Shown here: one piece after another, positions 9,912-20,230 of the stretch | Layout: the number at the start of each line of letters is the position of its first letter | How positions within the stretch are numbered: position 1 is the first letter of the stretch | Assembly: GCA_039809905.1 (NCBI GenBank) | Contig: JBDHVY010000001.1 | Location: forward strand, 300,001 to 332,000 | Source: Candidatus Babelota bacterium | GTDB lineage: Bacteria > Babelota > Babeliae > Babelales > Vermiphilaceae | Reading direction: 5' to 3' | DNA length: 32,000 nucleotides | Notes under the pieces: model-generated | What the model was told of the DNA's origin: nothing | Seen by the model: the letters and a program-made list of their open reading frames with translations, nothing else | Databases searched by the model: none | Translations under genes and position numbers: made by a program

Positions 9912-10181
9912 TTACTTACGTAAACCAAGCTTTGCTACTAATTCTCTATACATATTTACATTTGTTTTCTGTAAGTATGTTAATAAACTACGACGATTAC
10001 AGACTTTTTTCAATAATCCTCTACGAGTACTGTAATCTTTTGGATTTTGTTGACAATGAGCTGTCAATCTTACGATATCTTTGGTCAAAATTGCAACTTG
10101 AACTTGAGAAGAACCAGTATCCTGAGTATTGATACCAAATTCACCAAAAATATTTTGTTTTTCTTCTTTTGTAACCGCCAT
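9912..10181 (-). CDS. rpsO: 30S ribosomal protein S15
   Basis: FGINTQDTGSSQVQVAILTKDIVRLTAHCQQNPKDYSTRRGLLKKVCNRRSLLTYL, directly upstream of pnp. Confidence 0.96.
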   Translation of the reverse strand: MAVTKEEKQNIFGEFGINTQDTGSSQVQVAILTKDIVRLTAHCQQNPKDYSTRRGLLKKVCNRRSLLTYLQKTNVNMYRELVAKLGLRK

Positions 10182-10291
10182 GAAAAATCCTTTATTTATA
10201 ACCTATTATTGTCAGTATATCACAGTTTATAATTCAGACCAACACCAGAATCTAAAGCAAATCTAATTTAATGACTTTTTATCTTTATCGC

Positions 10292-10321
10292 CCAGCCTAC
10301 GCATAAAGCTTCGGCGGGCAG
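10292..10321 (+). repeat. Copy 1 of a 30-nt palindromic repeat: CCAGCCTACGCATAAAGCTTCGGCGGGCAG
   Basis: Matches 27 of 30 bases of the reverse complement of 10383-10412 (compared by eye). Confidence 0.8.
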
Positions 10322-10382
10322 CCCACGCTTTTAATCCGCAATCTTTTTTCTCTGTTCTATATCAATCATTTAAAAAACTAGC

Positions 10383-10412
10383 CTGCCAGCCGTAGCTTTA
10401 CGCGTAGGCTGG
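10383..10412 (-). repeat. Copy 2 of the 30-nt palindromic repeat, overlapping the tRNA-Val 3' CCA end
   Basis: Minus-strand sequence CCAGCCTACGCGTAAAGCTACGGCTGGCAG. CCAGCC pairs with GGCTGG. Confidence 0.8.
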
Positions 10413-10484
10413 TAGGCGCGAGCGGGATTGAACCGCTGACCCTTGCTACGTCAAAGCAATGCTCTGCCACTGAGCTACGCGCCT
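10410..10484 (-). tRNA. tRNA-Val(GAC), CCA encoded
   Basis: AGGCGCG TA GCTCAGTGGCAGAGC A TTGCT TTGACGT AGCAA GGGTC AGCGGTTCAATCCCGCT CGCGCCT ACCA. All stems pair. Confidence 0.93.
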
Positions 10485-10494
10485 ATAATGCAAG

Positions 10495-10526
10495 TCGATC
10501 TAAAGAATAATATTTCTTTAGATCGA
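10495..10526. promoter_or_regulatory. Perfect 13-bp inverted repeat with 6-nt loop between rpoC and tRNA-Val
   Basis: TCGATCTAAAGAA-TAATAT-TTCTTTAGATCGA. Confidence 0.75.
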
Positions 10527-10544
10527 ACTCACGTTAATTTCAAA

Positions 10545-13500
10545 TTATGCAGCAGATGCTGGATAATCGCCACTTTCACGGCGCTCTCCTTCTTGAGCTT
10601 GTCGCTCTAGATCGGAAAGATCATCACCGATATAGCGTTTTCTGAAAGACTTAATACCTGTTCCTGCAGGAATTAATTTTCCTACAATAACATTTTCTTT
10701 CAATCCAAATAGGTGATCTATTTGCCCACTCATTGCAGCTTCGGTCAAGATTCTTGTCGTTTCTTGGAATGATGCAGCTGAAATAAAGCTTTCTGTTCCT
10801 AATGATGCTTGGGTAATACCCATCAACATAGGTTTTCCGATTGCAGGGCGTTTTCCTTGAGCACGCAAAGCTGCATTCACCGTTTGGAAATGAACGTAAT
10901 CTACACGGTCACCAATAAGGAAATCACTTTCCCCACCTTCAATCACGCGTACTTTACGCAACATTTGACGAACTATCAATTCAATATGACGATCATTAAT
11001 ATCTACATCTTGCAAACGATAAATTTCTTGAATTTGGTCAACTAAATAACGCTGTACTTTTTCTGGTCCTAAAATACGAAGCATATCATGCAACACAGGA
11101 GAACCAGATGTTAATGGATCACCAGCACTTACGTGCTCACCATCAACAACGTTCAATTGTTTACCGCGTGGAACAAGATATTCATGACGGTCTGCACCAC
11201 TTATCACGCTTACTTTTCTAAATCCACGATGCAATCCTCCGATAACAACCTCTCCATCTACATCAGATAGAATTGCTGCATCTTTTGGACTACGTGCTTC
11301 AAAAAGCTCTGCAATACGTGGTAAACCACCAGTGGTAATATCTTTAGATTTTGCAATTTCACGAGGCATTTTAACTAAAATGTCACCAATTTCAACGCGT
11401 TGCTTTTCTGCTACGTTCACATAGGAACCTTCAGGAAGGAAGTATTGTGTTAATTCCTCTCCTCTATCATCAACAATACTAATTGCTGGCTGATATTGTT
11501 CTCCACGTGTTCCCATCACGATTGTTCGTGATTTACCCGTAGCTTCATCAAAGCGTTCATGAATCGTTACATTTTTTACGAGATCAAGATAGACAACCGT
11601 TCCTGCTTTTTCAGTCATAAGAACTTTGTTATTCGGATCCCAATCTGCAAGTTTAGTACCTGCTTTTACTTCTTGTTTATCTTTTACGTATACTATAGAA
11701 CCATACTGAAGTTCATGTTGTTGTAATTCGCGACCATCAGGAGCAACAACCAAGAGACGAGCTTTTCTACTCATCACAACCATTTGTCCTTGAGGGTTAA
11801 CTACGACACGCACACCATGCCATTCAATAGTTCCATCATATTTTGCATTAATAAATGGCTGCTCAGAAAGACCACTCGCCAAACCACCAATATGGAAGGT
11901 TCTCATAGTAAGCTGTGTTCCTGGTTCACCAATTGATTGTGCAGCAATAATACCAACAGTTGTTCCTTCATCAACTAATCTGCCTTTGGATAAATCATAT
12001 CCATAACAAAGCGCACAAACACCGCGTTTTGCTTGGCAAGAAAGCACTGAACGGACAAGAACTTTAGATACTGCTGAGCTATCAAGCTTTGGCATTAATT
12101 CACGCGTTACTACATCACCACGACTTAAAATCAGTTCTCCATTTACTGGATCCCTTAAGTCAGCAGCGAGCACACGACCAAATACGCGTCGTCCCATTGG
12201 ATATACCGTATCTCCGGCTTCCTTCAAATCTGCAATTTCAAGATAACCAAGAGTGTTACAATCATTGATAGTTACAACAACATCTTGTGCAACATCAACA
12301 AGTCGACGTGTCAAATAACCAGAACTTGCTGTTTTAAGTGCAGTATCTGACTGACCTTTACGAGCACCGTTAGTTGAAATGAAATACTCAAATACGCTTA
12401 AACCTTGTTTAAAGTTTGACTTAACTGGTATTTCAATAATTTCACCCGTTGGTTTTGACATCAATCCACGCATACCAACAAGCTGCTTAACCTGATCTTT
12501 AGTACCACGAGCACCAGATTCTAACATCATAAATACAGGACTGAATGGTTTATTCTGACCATCTTCATTAGCAAAGACTTTTTTATCTGCAACATCGAGT
12601 TGTCCATACATCGTTTGAGCAACAGTTGCTGTTGCATCACGCCAAATACCAATTACCTTGTTATAGCGTTCACCATTTGTAATGACACCATCCATGTACA
12701 ATGATTCAATTTTTTCAACTTCTTTTTCAGCCTTATGTACAATGGCATCTTTTTCAGCCGGTACAATAAGATCTTCAATAGAAAGTGAGATACCCGAAAT
12801 TGTCGCATAGTAAAAACCAAGGTGTTTAATACGATCTAAGCACAATACGGTTGCATCTTTACCAAATTGGTAATATACCTCTTCAATTAATTTACCTAAA
12901 TCACTGCGTTTCAATATTTTATTAATAACATTGAACGCAAATCCTTGTGGCAACGCCTCATATACTAATACACGTCCAACAGTAGTTTCTACGATTTCAT
13001 TGTTAGCCAAACGCACTTTTATTTGTGCATGAAGGTCTATGGTATCGCATTGGAATGCTGTAATAACTTCCGCTACGTTTGAAAATGTAATTCCTTCACC
13101 ACGTGATCCTTTACGAATTTTAGTCATAAAGTGAAGACCGAGTACCATATCCTGCGAAGGAACAGTAACTGGTTTACCACTTGATGGAGAAAGAATGTTA
13201 TTCGTTGATAAGATGAGCCTATCACTTTCCAACTGAGATTTTTTACTCAATGGCAAATGGACAGCCATCTGGTCACCATCGAAATCGGCGTTAAATGCAG
13301 AACAAACAAGTGGATGAATTTTAATTGCTTTACCATCAACCAAAATAGGATAGAAGGCTTGAATACCAAGTCTATGCAATGTTGGAGCACGGTTAAGAAG
13401 TACTGGTCTTTTATACACTACTTCTTCTAAAACATCCCACACTTCTGGTTCTAATTCTTCAACCATACGACGAGCAACGCGCATATTAGATGCCAATTCA

Positions 13501-14672
13501 CGCTCAATTAAACCCGCATAAATATATGGCTTAAATAATTCTAAAGCCATAGCTTTTGGAATTCCGCACTGATCCATACGTAATTCTGGATCAACAACAA
13601 TCACTGATCGGCCAGAGTAATCAACACGGCGACCAAGAAGATTTTGTCGGAATCGTCCTTGTTTACCACGAAGCATTTCGCTCAGTGATTTTAATGGACG
13701 TTTATTAGATCCACGAACAGCTTGGCCTCGTCTACCATTATCAATAAGCGCATCAACGGATTCTTGAAGCATTCGTTTTTCATTTTTGATAATCACGCCC
13801 GGTGCATCAATTTCCATAAGTCTTTGGAGACGGATATTTCTATTTAATACACGGCGATATAATTCATTCAAATCAGAACTTGCAAAACGTCCACCTTCAA
13901 GTGGTACTAATGGTCGTAAATCTGGTGGAAGAACTGGCAAAACAGTCAGTATCATCCATTCAGGACTGATAGCACCATTCAATAGACCCGTCAATACTTT
14001 CATACGACGGGTTAATTTGTGACGTACTGCAATAGATGTAGTATGTGCATAATCAGAATGAAGCTTATCAAGCTCAATCTTAAGATCCATGAAACTTAAA
14101 ACAAGTCGTATTGCTTCTGCACCAATTTCTGCCAAAAAGTCAGTATCATCAGAACGTTGCATGATATAATTTTCATATTCAGTTGAACTTAATAAAGTTT
14201 TCGCTGGATATGGAGATTTACCTTGCTTGACAACCATGTACATATCAAAGTAAATAACACGTTCCAAATCTTTCACCGGCATATCGAGAATCAATCCAAG
14301 ATAACTTGGAATACCCTTGAGATACCAAATATGGCATACTGGCGCAACAAGCTGAATGTGTCCCATTCTTTCACGTCGAACACGTGATTGAATAACTTCA
14401 ACACCGCACTTTTCGCAGGTAATCCCGCGATGCTTCATACGCTTGTATTTTCCACAGTTACATTCCCAATCCTTTACCGGACCGAAAATGCGCGCACAAA
14501 ATAATCCATCTCGTTCTGGTTTTAACGTTCTATAGTTAATTGTTTCGATTTTTTTAACTTCACCATAGGACAAAGAACGGATTTTCTTTGGAGAAGCAAG
14601 GCTGATTTTAATAACATTAAAACGCGTAACATTTATGTATTCTTTAAAACGCTCTAACATTTGATTACTCAT
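10545..14672 (-). CDS. rpoC: DNA-directed RNA polymerase subunit beta'
   Basis: Catalytic NADFDGDQMAVHLPLS, zinc-finger CNCGKYKRMKHRGITCEKCGVEV, and a C-terminal LMGITQASLGTESFISAASFQETTRILTEAA. Confidence 0.98.
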   Translation of the reverse strand: MSNQMLERFKEYINVTRFNVIKISLASPKKIRSLSYGEVKKIETINYRTLKPERDGLFCARIFGPVKDWECNCGKYKRMKHRGITCEKCGVEVIQSRVRRERMGHIQLVAPVCHIWYLKGIPSYLGLILDMPVKDLERVIYFDMYMVVKQGKSPYPAKTLLSSTEYENYIMQRSDDTDFLAEIGAEAIRLVLSFMDLKIELDKLHSDYAHTTSIAVRHKLTRRMKVLTGLLNGAISPEWMILTVLPVLPPDLRPLVPLEGGRFASSDLNELYRRVLNRNIRLQRLMEIDAPGVIIKNEKRMLQESVDALIDNGRRGQAVRGSNKRPLKSLSEMLRGKQGRFRQNLLGRRVDYSGRSVIVVDPELRMDQCGIPKAMALELFKPYIYAGLIERELASNMRVARRMVEELEPEVWDVLEEVVYKRPVLLNRAPTLHRLGIQAFYPILVDGKAIKIHPLVCSAFNADFDGDQMAVHLPLSKKSQLESDRLILSTNNILSPSSGKPVTVPSQDMVLGLHFMTKIRKGSRGEGITFSNVAEVITAFQCDTIDLHAQIKVRLANNEIVETTVGRVLVYEALPQGFAFNVINKILKRSDLGKLIEEVYYQFGKDATVLCLDRIKHLGFYYATISGISLSIEDLIVPAEKDAIVHKAEKEVEKIESLYMDGVITNGERYNKVIGIWRDATATVAQTMYGQLDVADKKVFANEDGQNKPFSPVFMMLESGARGTKDQVKQLVGMRGLMSKPTGEIIEIPVKSNFKQGLSVFEYFISTNGARKGQSDTALKTASSGYLTRRLVDVAQDVVVTINDCNTLGYLEIADLKEAGDTVYPMGRRVFGRVLAADLRDPVNGELILSRGDVVTRELMPKLDSSAVSKVLVRSVLSCQAKRGVCALCYGYDLSKGRLVDEGTTVGIIAAQSIGEPGTQLTMRTFHIGGLASGLSEQPFINAKYDGTIEWHGVRVVVNPQGQMVVMSRKARLLVVAPDGRELQQHELQYGSIVYVKDKQEVKAGTKLADWDPNNKVLMTEKAGTVVYLDLVKNVTIHERFDEATGKSRTIVMGTRGEQYQPAISIVDDRGEELTQYFLPEGSYVNVAEKQRVEIGDILVKMPREIAKSKDITTGGLPRIAELFEARSPKDAAILSDVDGEVVIGGLHRGFRKVSVISGADRHEYLVPRGKQLNVVDGEHVSAGDPLTSGSPVLHDMLRILGPEKVQRYLVDQIQEIYRLQDVDINDRHIELIVRQMLRKVRVIEGGESDFLIGDRVDYVHFQTVNAALRAQGKRPAIGKPMLMGITQASLGTESFISAASFQETTRILTEAAMSGQIDHLFGLKENVIVGKLIPAGTGIKSFRKRYIGDDLSDLERQAQEGERRESGDYPASAA

Positions 14673-17600
14673 GATTAACGTTCTCCTTCCCCAACTTAAG
14701 TAGATCCACTTGTAAGTTTAAGCTCTGAAGCTCTTTGATAAGTACGTTGAATGACTCTGGAACACCTGGTTCTGGTACATCATCCCCAGCAATAATTGCT
14801 TGGTATGCTTTATGTCGGCCAGTTACATCATCAGATTTAACTGTTAACATTTCTTGTAATGCATAAGCTGCACCATAAGCTTCCATAGCCCAAACTTCCA
14901 TTTCTCCAAGTCGCTGACCACCCTGCTGCGCTTTACCACCAAGAGGCTGCTGCGTCACCAGTGAGTAAGGCCCAACAGAACGAGCATGTAACTTATCATC
15001 AACCATATGGTTTAATTTCATTACATAAATGTTGCCGATGGTAACAGGTTGTTGGAAATATTCACCTGTTCTACCATTACGTACTCGGAATGAACCGGAC
15101 GTTGGCAAATCAAGATCTTTCAACAAAGGTACAATGTCATGTTCTAGCGTTGCACCATCAAAGACCGGAGTTCTAAAATGAACACCGTCTTCTGCTGTTT
15201 TACGCGCAAGTTCCATCACACCGTCTTTTCCATAATTGGTTTCATAATCTGTAATTATGTCTTTACCAAAACAGTAAATGAGATGCTTTTTAACCGCTTC
15301 ATATCCATCTGTTTCTAATAAATTTTGAACTCTGTTGCCAAGCTCTTTGCCGGCAAGACCCAAAATTGTCTCAAGAATCTGCCCTACGTTCATACGAGAT
15401 GGAATACCTAATGGATTTAAAACAATATCCACCGGTGTACCATCATCTAAGTATGGCATATCTTCTCGAGGAACGATGGCTGAAACGATACCTTTGTTAC
15501 CATGACGACCCGCTACTTTATCTCCAACAGAGACGTGGCGTTTCATCGCGATATACACTTTAACCATCTTAATAACACCAGATGGCAAGACATCGCCTTT
15601 TTTGAAATGATTAATACGATCTTCTTTCAATCCTTCCAAGATACGAAGCTGATTCTCATATGAATCTTTCAATCGCTTCAGTTCTTCTTGTGCAGATTTA
15701 TCTTTTAGCTTTATTTTGAAAAGATCTTCAAGCGAAAAATCTTTCAACTCTTGCTTGTCGTATTTATCTCCACGAACGCCTTTCTTGACGTCCGCCATTG
15801 CTTGCTTACCGTCTGCAATATCAGATATTTTATGAGCAATCATTTTTTGCAAGAAAATAACATGATGAACATTGTCAATTTCTAGCTTTTCAATTTGTTT
15901 TGCTACTTCTTGTTTATAACGAGCATCTTTTCGAACACCACTTCGTGAGAATATTTTGACATCAATTACCGTACCTTCAATTCCAGGTGGAACACGTAAT
16001 GATGTATCTCTTACTTCACGTGATTTTTCTCCAAAAATTGCACGTAAAAGTTTTTCTTCCGGTGAATATTGAATATCACCTTTGAGAGTTACCTTACCAA
16101 CAAGAATATCGCCTGGTTTTACACGAGTACCAACACGCACAATACCATCTTCGTCAAGGCATTCAAGCGCTGATTCGCTTACGTTAGGTAAATCACGTGT
16201 AAGTTCTTCAGGCCCGAGCTTTGTATCACGAGCATCAACAATGTATTCATCTATGTGTACTGAAGTAAGCTCATTATCACTGACAAGACGCTTATTCAAT
16301 ACAATAGCATCCTCAAAGTTGTATCCATGCCATAACATAAATGCTACTGAGAAGTTTTTACCTAATGCCAATTCACCATCGGAAATTGAAGCGCCATTAG
16401 TTAAAACATCTCCTGCCTTAACAACTTCACCAACTTGTACGATTGGCGCATGATGAATCCATGTGCTATAACTTGAGCGCTGGAATTTTTTCAAATGATA
16501 GATGTCAATTCCATGAGTCACCCAATCTTCAGTATTAGCGCATTCATCTTCATTAACACGAACAACTATTTTATCTGAAGAAACGTACTGAATAATACCA
16601 CTTCGTTTTGCTAATACCAATGCACCTGATGATTTAACAATTTCTCGCTCCATACCAGTACCAACAATTGGCGCTTTAGTCGCGATCAATGGAACTGCTT
16701 GACGTTGCATGTTTGCACCCATAAGGGCACGAACAGCATCATCATGATCAAGGAATGGTACTAATGCCGCAGAAACAGAAACTAACTGTTTTGGTGATAA
16801 ATCAATGTAATTGATTTTTTCTGCATCAACATACAACAAGTTATCATCGTATCGAGCAAATATTTTTTCACCTTTTAACTGATTTGTTTTTGGATCAATA
16901 GCATCTGCCTGAGCAATATAATTACCAGACTCTTCAAATGCATCCAAGAAAACAACTTCATTTAAAATTTTACCGTTAACTACGGGACGATATGCTGTTT
17001 CAATAAAGCCTAGGTCATTAACCATTGCATATGTTGCAAGTGATGAAATCAAACCAACAGTTTGACCTTCTGGTGTTTCAATAGGACAAATTCTTCCATA
17101 ATGAGATGAATGAACGTCACGAATTTCAAATGTCGCACGATCTTTCAATACACCACCTGGCCCGAGGGCTGACAAACGACGCTTATGCGCAAGTTCCGCC
17201 ATCGGATTTGTTTGATCCATAAATTGAGAAAGCTGACCAAGCCCAAAGAATTCTCTGATAACCGCACTTAATGGCTTAACATTAAGAAAATCTTGAGGCA
17301 TCAAAGCACCATGTGCTTCTTGCATTCTGAAACGTTCACGGACGATACGTTCTATGCGAGTAAAGCCAAGATACATTTGGTTATTTAATAATTCACCAAC
17401 CAACCTTACGCGACGATTACCTAAATGATCAATATCATCAAGCTCACCTTCTCCTCGTTCTCTCAAATTAACGAGGTAGCGAATAGTTTGAACAATATCA
17501 TCTTTAGTAAGCGCTAATTGATCTTCTGGTGTTGATAAACCTAATTTACGGTTCATGCGAACACGACCAACGCGTGTTAAATCATAAAAACGATTATTGA

Positions 17601-18990
17601 ATAATAAATTATTTAAGCGCTCTCCAACTTCTTTAAGAGAAGAAGTATCTCCAGGCCAGATTTTTGCATGCAAATCTTTTAATGCAGCTTCTTGCGATTG
17701 AGTCTTGTCTTGACCAAGAGTTAACGCAATAGTTGGTTGCAATGCATAGCCATTTGATCTAATAATCTCAAATTGAAGAGAGTCGATTTTTTTCAAAATT
17801 TTAAGATGATTTTCAGATAGCTGCTCACCTTGTTCTATAAGAACTTCACCAGTTTCAGTATCAACAACGTCTTTTGCAAAAACGCGTCCTACCAAACTTT
17901 CTGGCTTAAGCATAAGCGCTTTAATACCAGCTTTTTTGAATTTTGGTAATAAGTCTTTTGTTACCCTACGGCCCACAAAAGCCTCTTCTTCTTCAGCTGG
18001 TACCATTCCCTTTTCAATACGCTGGCCAATAAGATTTTCATCTACAGCACGGAAATATTGATCATCTTTTAGGGAAATAGTATCAAATTCATAAAAGAGA
18101 GGAATAATCTCATCACGCGAAAAACCTAATGCCTGCAAGAACGTTGTTACGTATAGCTTTTTCTTTTTATCAATACGCACATACAAAATATCATTGCTAT
18201 CGGATTCAAAATCAATCCAAGATCCACGCATTGGGATAAGACGCGCAAGATAATATGGTCTTCCACGAAAATCTTTTACCTTTTTACTTTGTGAGAAAAC
18301 CACACCAGGAGATCTATGCAACTGACTAACAACAACACGATCTACGCCATTGATTAAGAAAGATCCCAAGTTGCCAAGCTTAAATCTTCCTTGCTCCTCA
18401 TAAAGGTCTGCCATAACTGGTAGATCCGCAAAGAAAATGTCTTGCTCTTTAATATCGCGAACTATCTTGTTGCCTTCAGCGCTTGTTGTCCAGCTAATGA
18501 GCTGCACTTTAACTTTGAGAGACATAGAAAATGTTTGACCGCTTGTACGACATTCATCTAAGGTAAGCGGCGTGTGAACCGTTGTACGCACTAAACAATT
18601 AGAGCATGTAATATAACGTGCCGTTTTTGCTTTACAGAACGTACAAGATTGATCTTTGGAAAGACGTGAACAATCCGATTTATTACAAGATGTACAACGC
18701 CACTGATAACGGCTTTCGATACCAGTTAATTTTCCACATGTACAAGACCAACGTCCAAGCTCATAACTAACATACTCCAAAGAGAGTTTATCTTCATACT
18801 CAATCGGGAAAATGTCCCGCAATACTTTCTCAAGCCCAATAAGCTTTCGTTCTTGCGGTAAATAGTCAAGCTGAACAAAATCATTAAATGATGTTGATTG
18901 TATTTCGATTAAATTTGGTACAGGAACTACGTCCTTTATCTTACCATATTGCTTACGAAGAGTACTCTTGCTTATAAGTACATTAGACAT
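14665..18990 (-). CDS. rpoB: DNA-directed RNA polymerase subunit beta
   Basis: GPGGVLKDRATFEIRDVHSSHYGRICPIETPEGQTVGLI and C-terminal GGQRLGEMEVWAMEAYGAAYALQEMLTVKSDD. The ATG at 18990 has AAGGAG 8 nt upstream; the track start at 18999 is a GTG. Overlaps rpoC by 8 nt. Confidence 0.98.
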   Translation of the reverse strand: MSNVLISKSTLRKQYGKIKDVVPVPNLIEIQSTSFNDFVQLDYLPQERKLIGLEKVLRDIFPIEYEDKLSLEYVSYELGRWSCTCGKLTGIESRYQWRCTSCNKSDCSRLSKDQSCTFCKAKTARYITCSNCLVRTTVHTPLTLDECRTSGQTFSMSLKVKVQLISWTTSAEGNKIVRDIKEQDIFFADLPVMADLYEEQGRFKLGNLGSFLINGVDRVVVSQLHRSPGVVFSQSKKVKDFRGRPYYLARLIPMRGSWIDFESDSNDILYVRIDKKKKLYVTTFLQALGFSRDEIIPLFYEFDTISLKDDQYFRAVDENLIGQRIEKGMVPAEEEEAFVGRRVTKDLLPKFKKAGIKALMLKPESLVGRVFAKDVVDTETGEVLIEQGEQLSENHLKILKKIDSLQFEIIRSNGYALQPTIALTLGQDKTQSQEAALKDLHAKIWPGDTSSLKEVGERLNNLLFNNRFYDLTRVGRVRMNRKLGLSTPEDQLALTKDDIVQTIRYLVNLRERGEGELDDIDHLGNRRVRLVGELLNNQMYLGFTRIERIVRERFRMQEAHGALMPQDFLNVKPLSAVIREFFGLGQLSQFMDQTNPMAELAHKRRLSALGPGGVLKDRATFEIRDVHSSHYGRICPIETPEGQTVGLISSLATYAMVNDLGFIETAYRPVVNGKILNEVVFLDAFEESGNYIAQADAIDPKTNQLKGEKIFARYDDNLLYVDAEKINYIDLSPKQLVSVSAALVPFLDHDDAVRALMGANMQRQAVPLIATKAPIVGTGMEREIVKSSGALVLAKRSGIIQYVSSDKIVVRVNEDECANTEDWVTHGIDIYHLKKFQRSSYSTWIHHAPIVQVGEVVKAGDVLTNGASISDGELALGKNFSVAFMLWHGYNFEDAIVLNKRLVSDNELTSVHIDEYIVDARDTKLGPEELTRDLPNVSESALECLDEDGIVRVGTRVKPGDILVGKVTLKGDIQYSPEEKLLRAIFGEKSREVRDTSLRVPPGIEGTVIDVKIFSRSGVRKDARYKQEVAKQIEKLEIDNVHHVIFLQKMIAHKISDIADGKQAMADVKKGVRGDKYDKQELKDFSLEDLFKIKLKDKSAQEELKRLKDSYENQLRILEGLKEDRINHFKKGDVLPSGVIKMVKVYIAMKRHVSVGDKVAGRHGNKGIVSAIVPREDMPYLDDGTPVDIVLNPLGIPSRMNVGQILETILGLAGKELGNRVQNLLETDGYEAVKKHLIYCFGKDIITDYETNYGKDGVMELARKTAEDGVHFRTPVFDGATLEHDIVPLLKDLDLPTSGSFRVRNGRTGEYFQQPVTIGNIYVMKLNHMVDDKLHARSVGPYSLVTQQPLGGKAQQGGQRLGEMEVWAMEAYGAAYALQEMLTVKSDDVTGRHKAYQAIIAGDDVPEPGVPESFNVLIKELQSLNLQVDLLKLGKENVNHE

Positions 18991-19227
18991 TAAGACCACT
19001 CCTTACTAACGCCAAACATGTGGCCAATCCAGCCTTCGCACATAGCTCCAGCGGACAAATCAAATTCCATCCCCCACTACACCAGAAAAAAGCCTCAACC
19101 CGTCAACGCTAAAACCTCTTTCAGTTTTTTTAAATCAGTCTTTTTTTTGTTAAAAAAAGCTTGAAAAACAGTTCAGAGGACGCATTTACGGGCAGATGAC
19201 AAGAGAAAAAAACTTGCATAACAAACG

Positions 19228-19611
19228 TTATGCAAGCTCTACTTTCGCGCCAACTTCTTCAAGTTTCTTTTTCATCTTTTCTGCATCAGCTTTTGCTACA
19301 GATTCAGCAACAACCGCTGGAGTTTCTTCTGTTAATTTCTTAGCATCAGAAAGTGCAAGATTAGGAATAACTTCACGCAATACTTTAATTACTTTAATTT
19401 TTTCAGCGCCTGCGTCTTTAAGCGTTACTTTATATTCGCTTTTTTCTGCTGCTACTGGAGCTGCATCTGCTGCTGGAGCTGCTGCCGCTGCTACAGGCAT
19501 AGCTGCTGAAATACCAAATTCTGATTCAAGAGCTTTAACAAGATCAGCAAGCTCAAGAACAGTCATTTTGCCAATTTCATCAATAAATTTTTCGTAAGAT
19601 TTTGCTGTCAT
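19228..19611 (-). CDS. rplL: 50S ribosomal protein L7/L12
   Basis: Ala-rich hinge, then EYKVTLKDAGAEKIKVIKVLREV...LSDAKKLTEETPAVVAESVAKADAEKMKKKLEEVGAKVELA. Confidence 0.96.
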   Translation of the reverse strand: MTAKSYEKFIDEIGKMTVLELADLVKALESEFGISAAMPVAAAAAPAADAAPVAAEKSEYKVTLKDAGAEKIKVIKVLREVIPNLALSDAKKLTEETPAVVAESVAKADAEKMKKKLEEVGAKVELA

Positions 19612-19682
19612 TGCAATCCCTAAACATTAAAAATAATCATTAAATAAATACTATCAATCATCATATATGGTGAGTTTAATCA

Positions 19683-20216
19683 CTACGCTTGTTGTTGTTT
19701 TTGTTTTTCAATTTCTTTTAAAGCTAAAAGAAGCTTAACAAGCATAGAATTAAGACCACCCACAAACCTAGTTAATGGAGCGTTAAGCGTACCACAAAGC
19801 ATAGCAAGTAGTACTTCTTTTGAAGGAAGAGATGCAATACGAGAGATTGCCATCTTATCCAAAAGCTGCGCATCCACACAACCAACAACAAGACCAAGCG
19901 CTTCGTTCTTTTTTGCAAAGTCACTTAATGTTTTTGCCACGCCTGAAATTTCAGCTGCATCATAAGCAAAAACAACACCTAACTGATTTTTGCAATGAGA
20001 AAGAAGCCCATCGGAACCCTCAACATCTGCAAGCGCTCGTTTAACAAGACGCATTTTTGCAATTTTGAGCGCGCCGCCTTTTTCTCTCAACTGCCTTCTT
20101 AATTGTTGCATTTGAACAACACTTAAGCCAGCAAAGTTAACAAAAAAGGTGCCCTTATTTGCTAAAAAATCTTTATGAAACAATTCAACAACTGATTCTT
20201 TTTGTTGCCGATTCAT
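19683..20216 (-). CDS. rplJ: 50S ribosomal protein L10
   Basis: FVNFAGLSVVQMQQLRRQLREKGGALKIAKMRLVKRAL; correct position in the operon. Confidence 0.93.
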   Translation of the reverse strand: MNRQQKESVVELFHKDFLANKGTFFVNFAGLSVVQMQQLRRQLREKGGALKIAKMRLVKRALADVEGSDGLLSHCKNQLGVVFAYDAAEISGVAKTLSDFAKKNEALGLVVGCVDAQLLDKMAISRIASLPSKEVLLAMLCGTLNAPLTRFVGGLNSMLVKLLLALKEIEKQKQQQA

Positions 20217-20230
20217 CGCAACCTCTTTAC

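Noticed and set aside
16082-16453. 123-aa plus-strand ORF
   Set aside because: Antisense to rpoB; low-complexity Ser/Thr/Pro-rich shadow translation.
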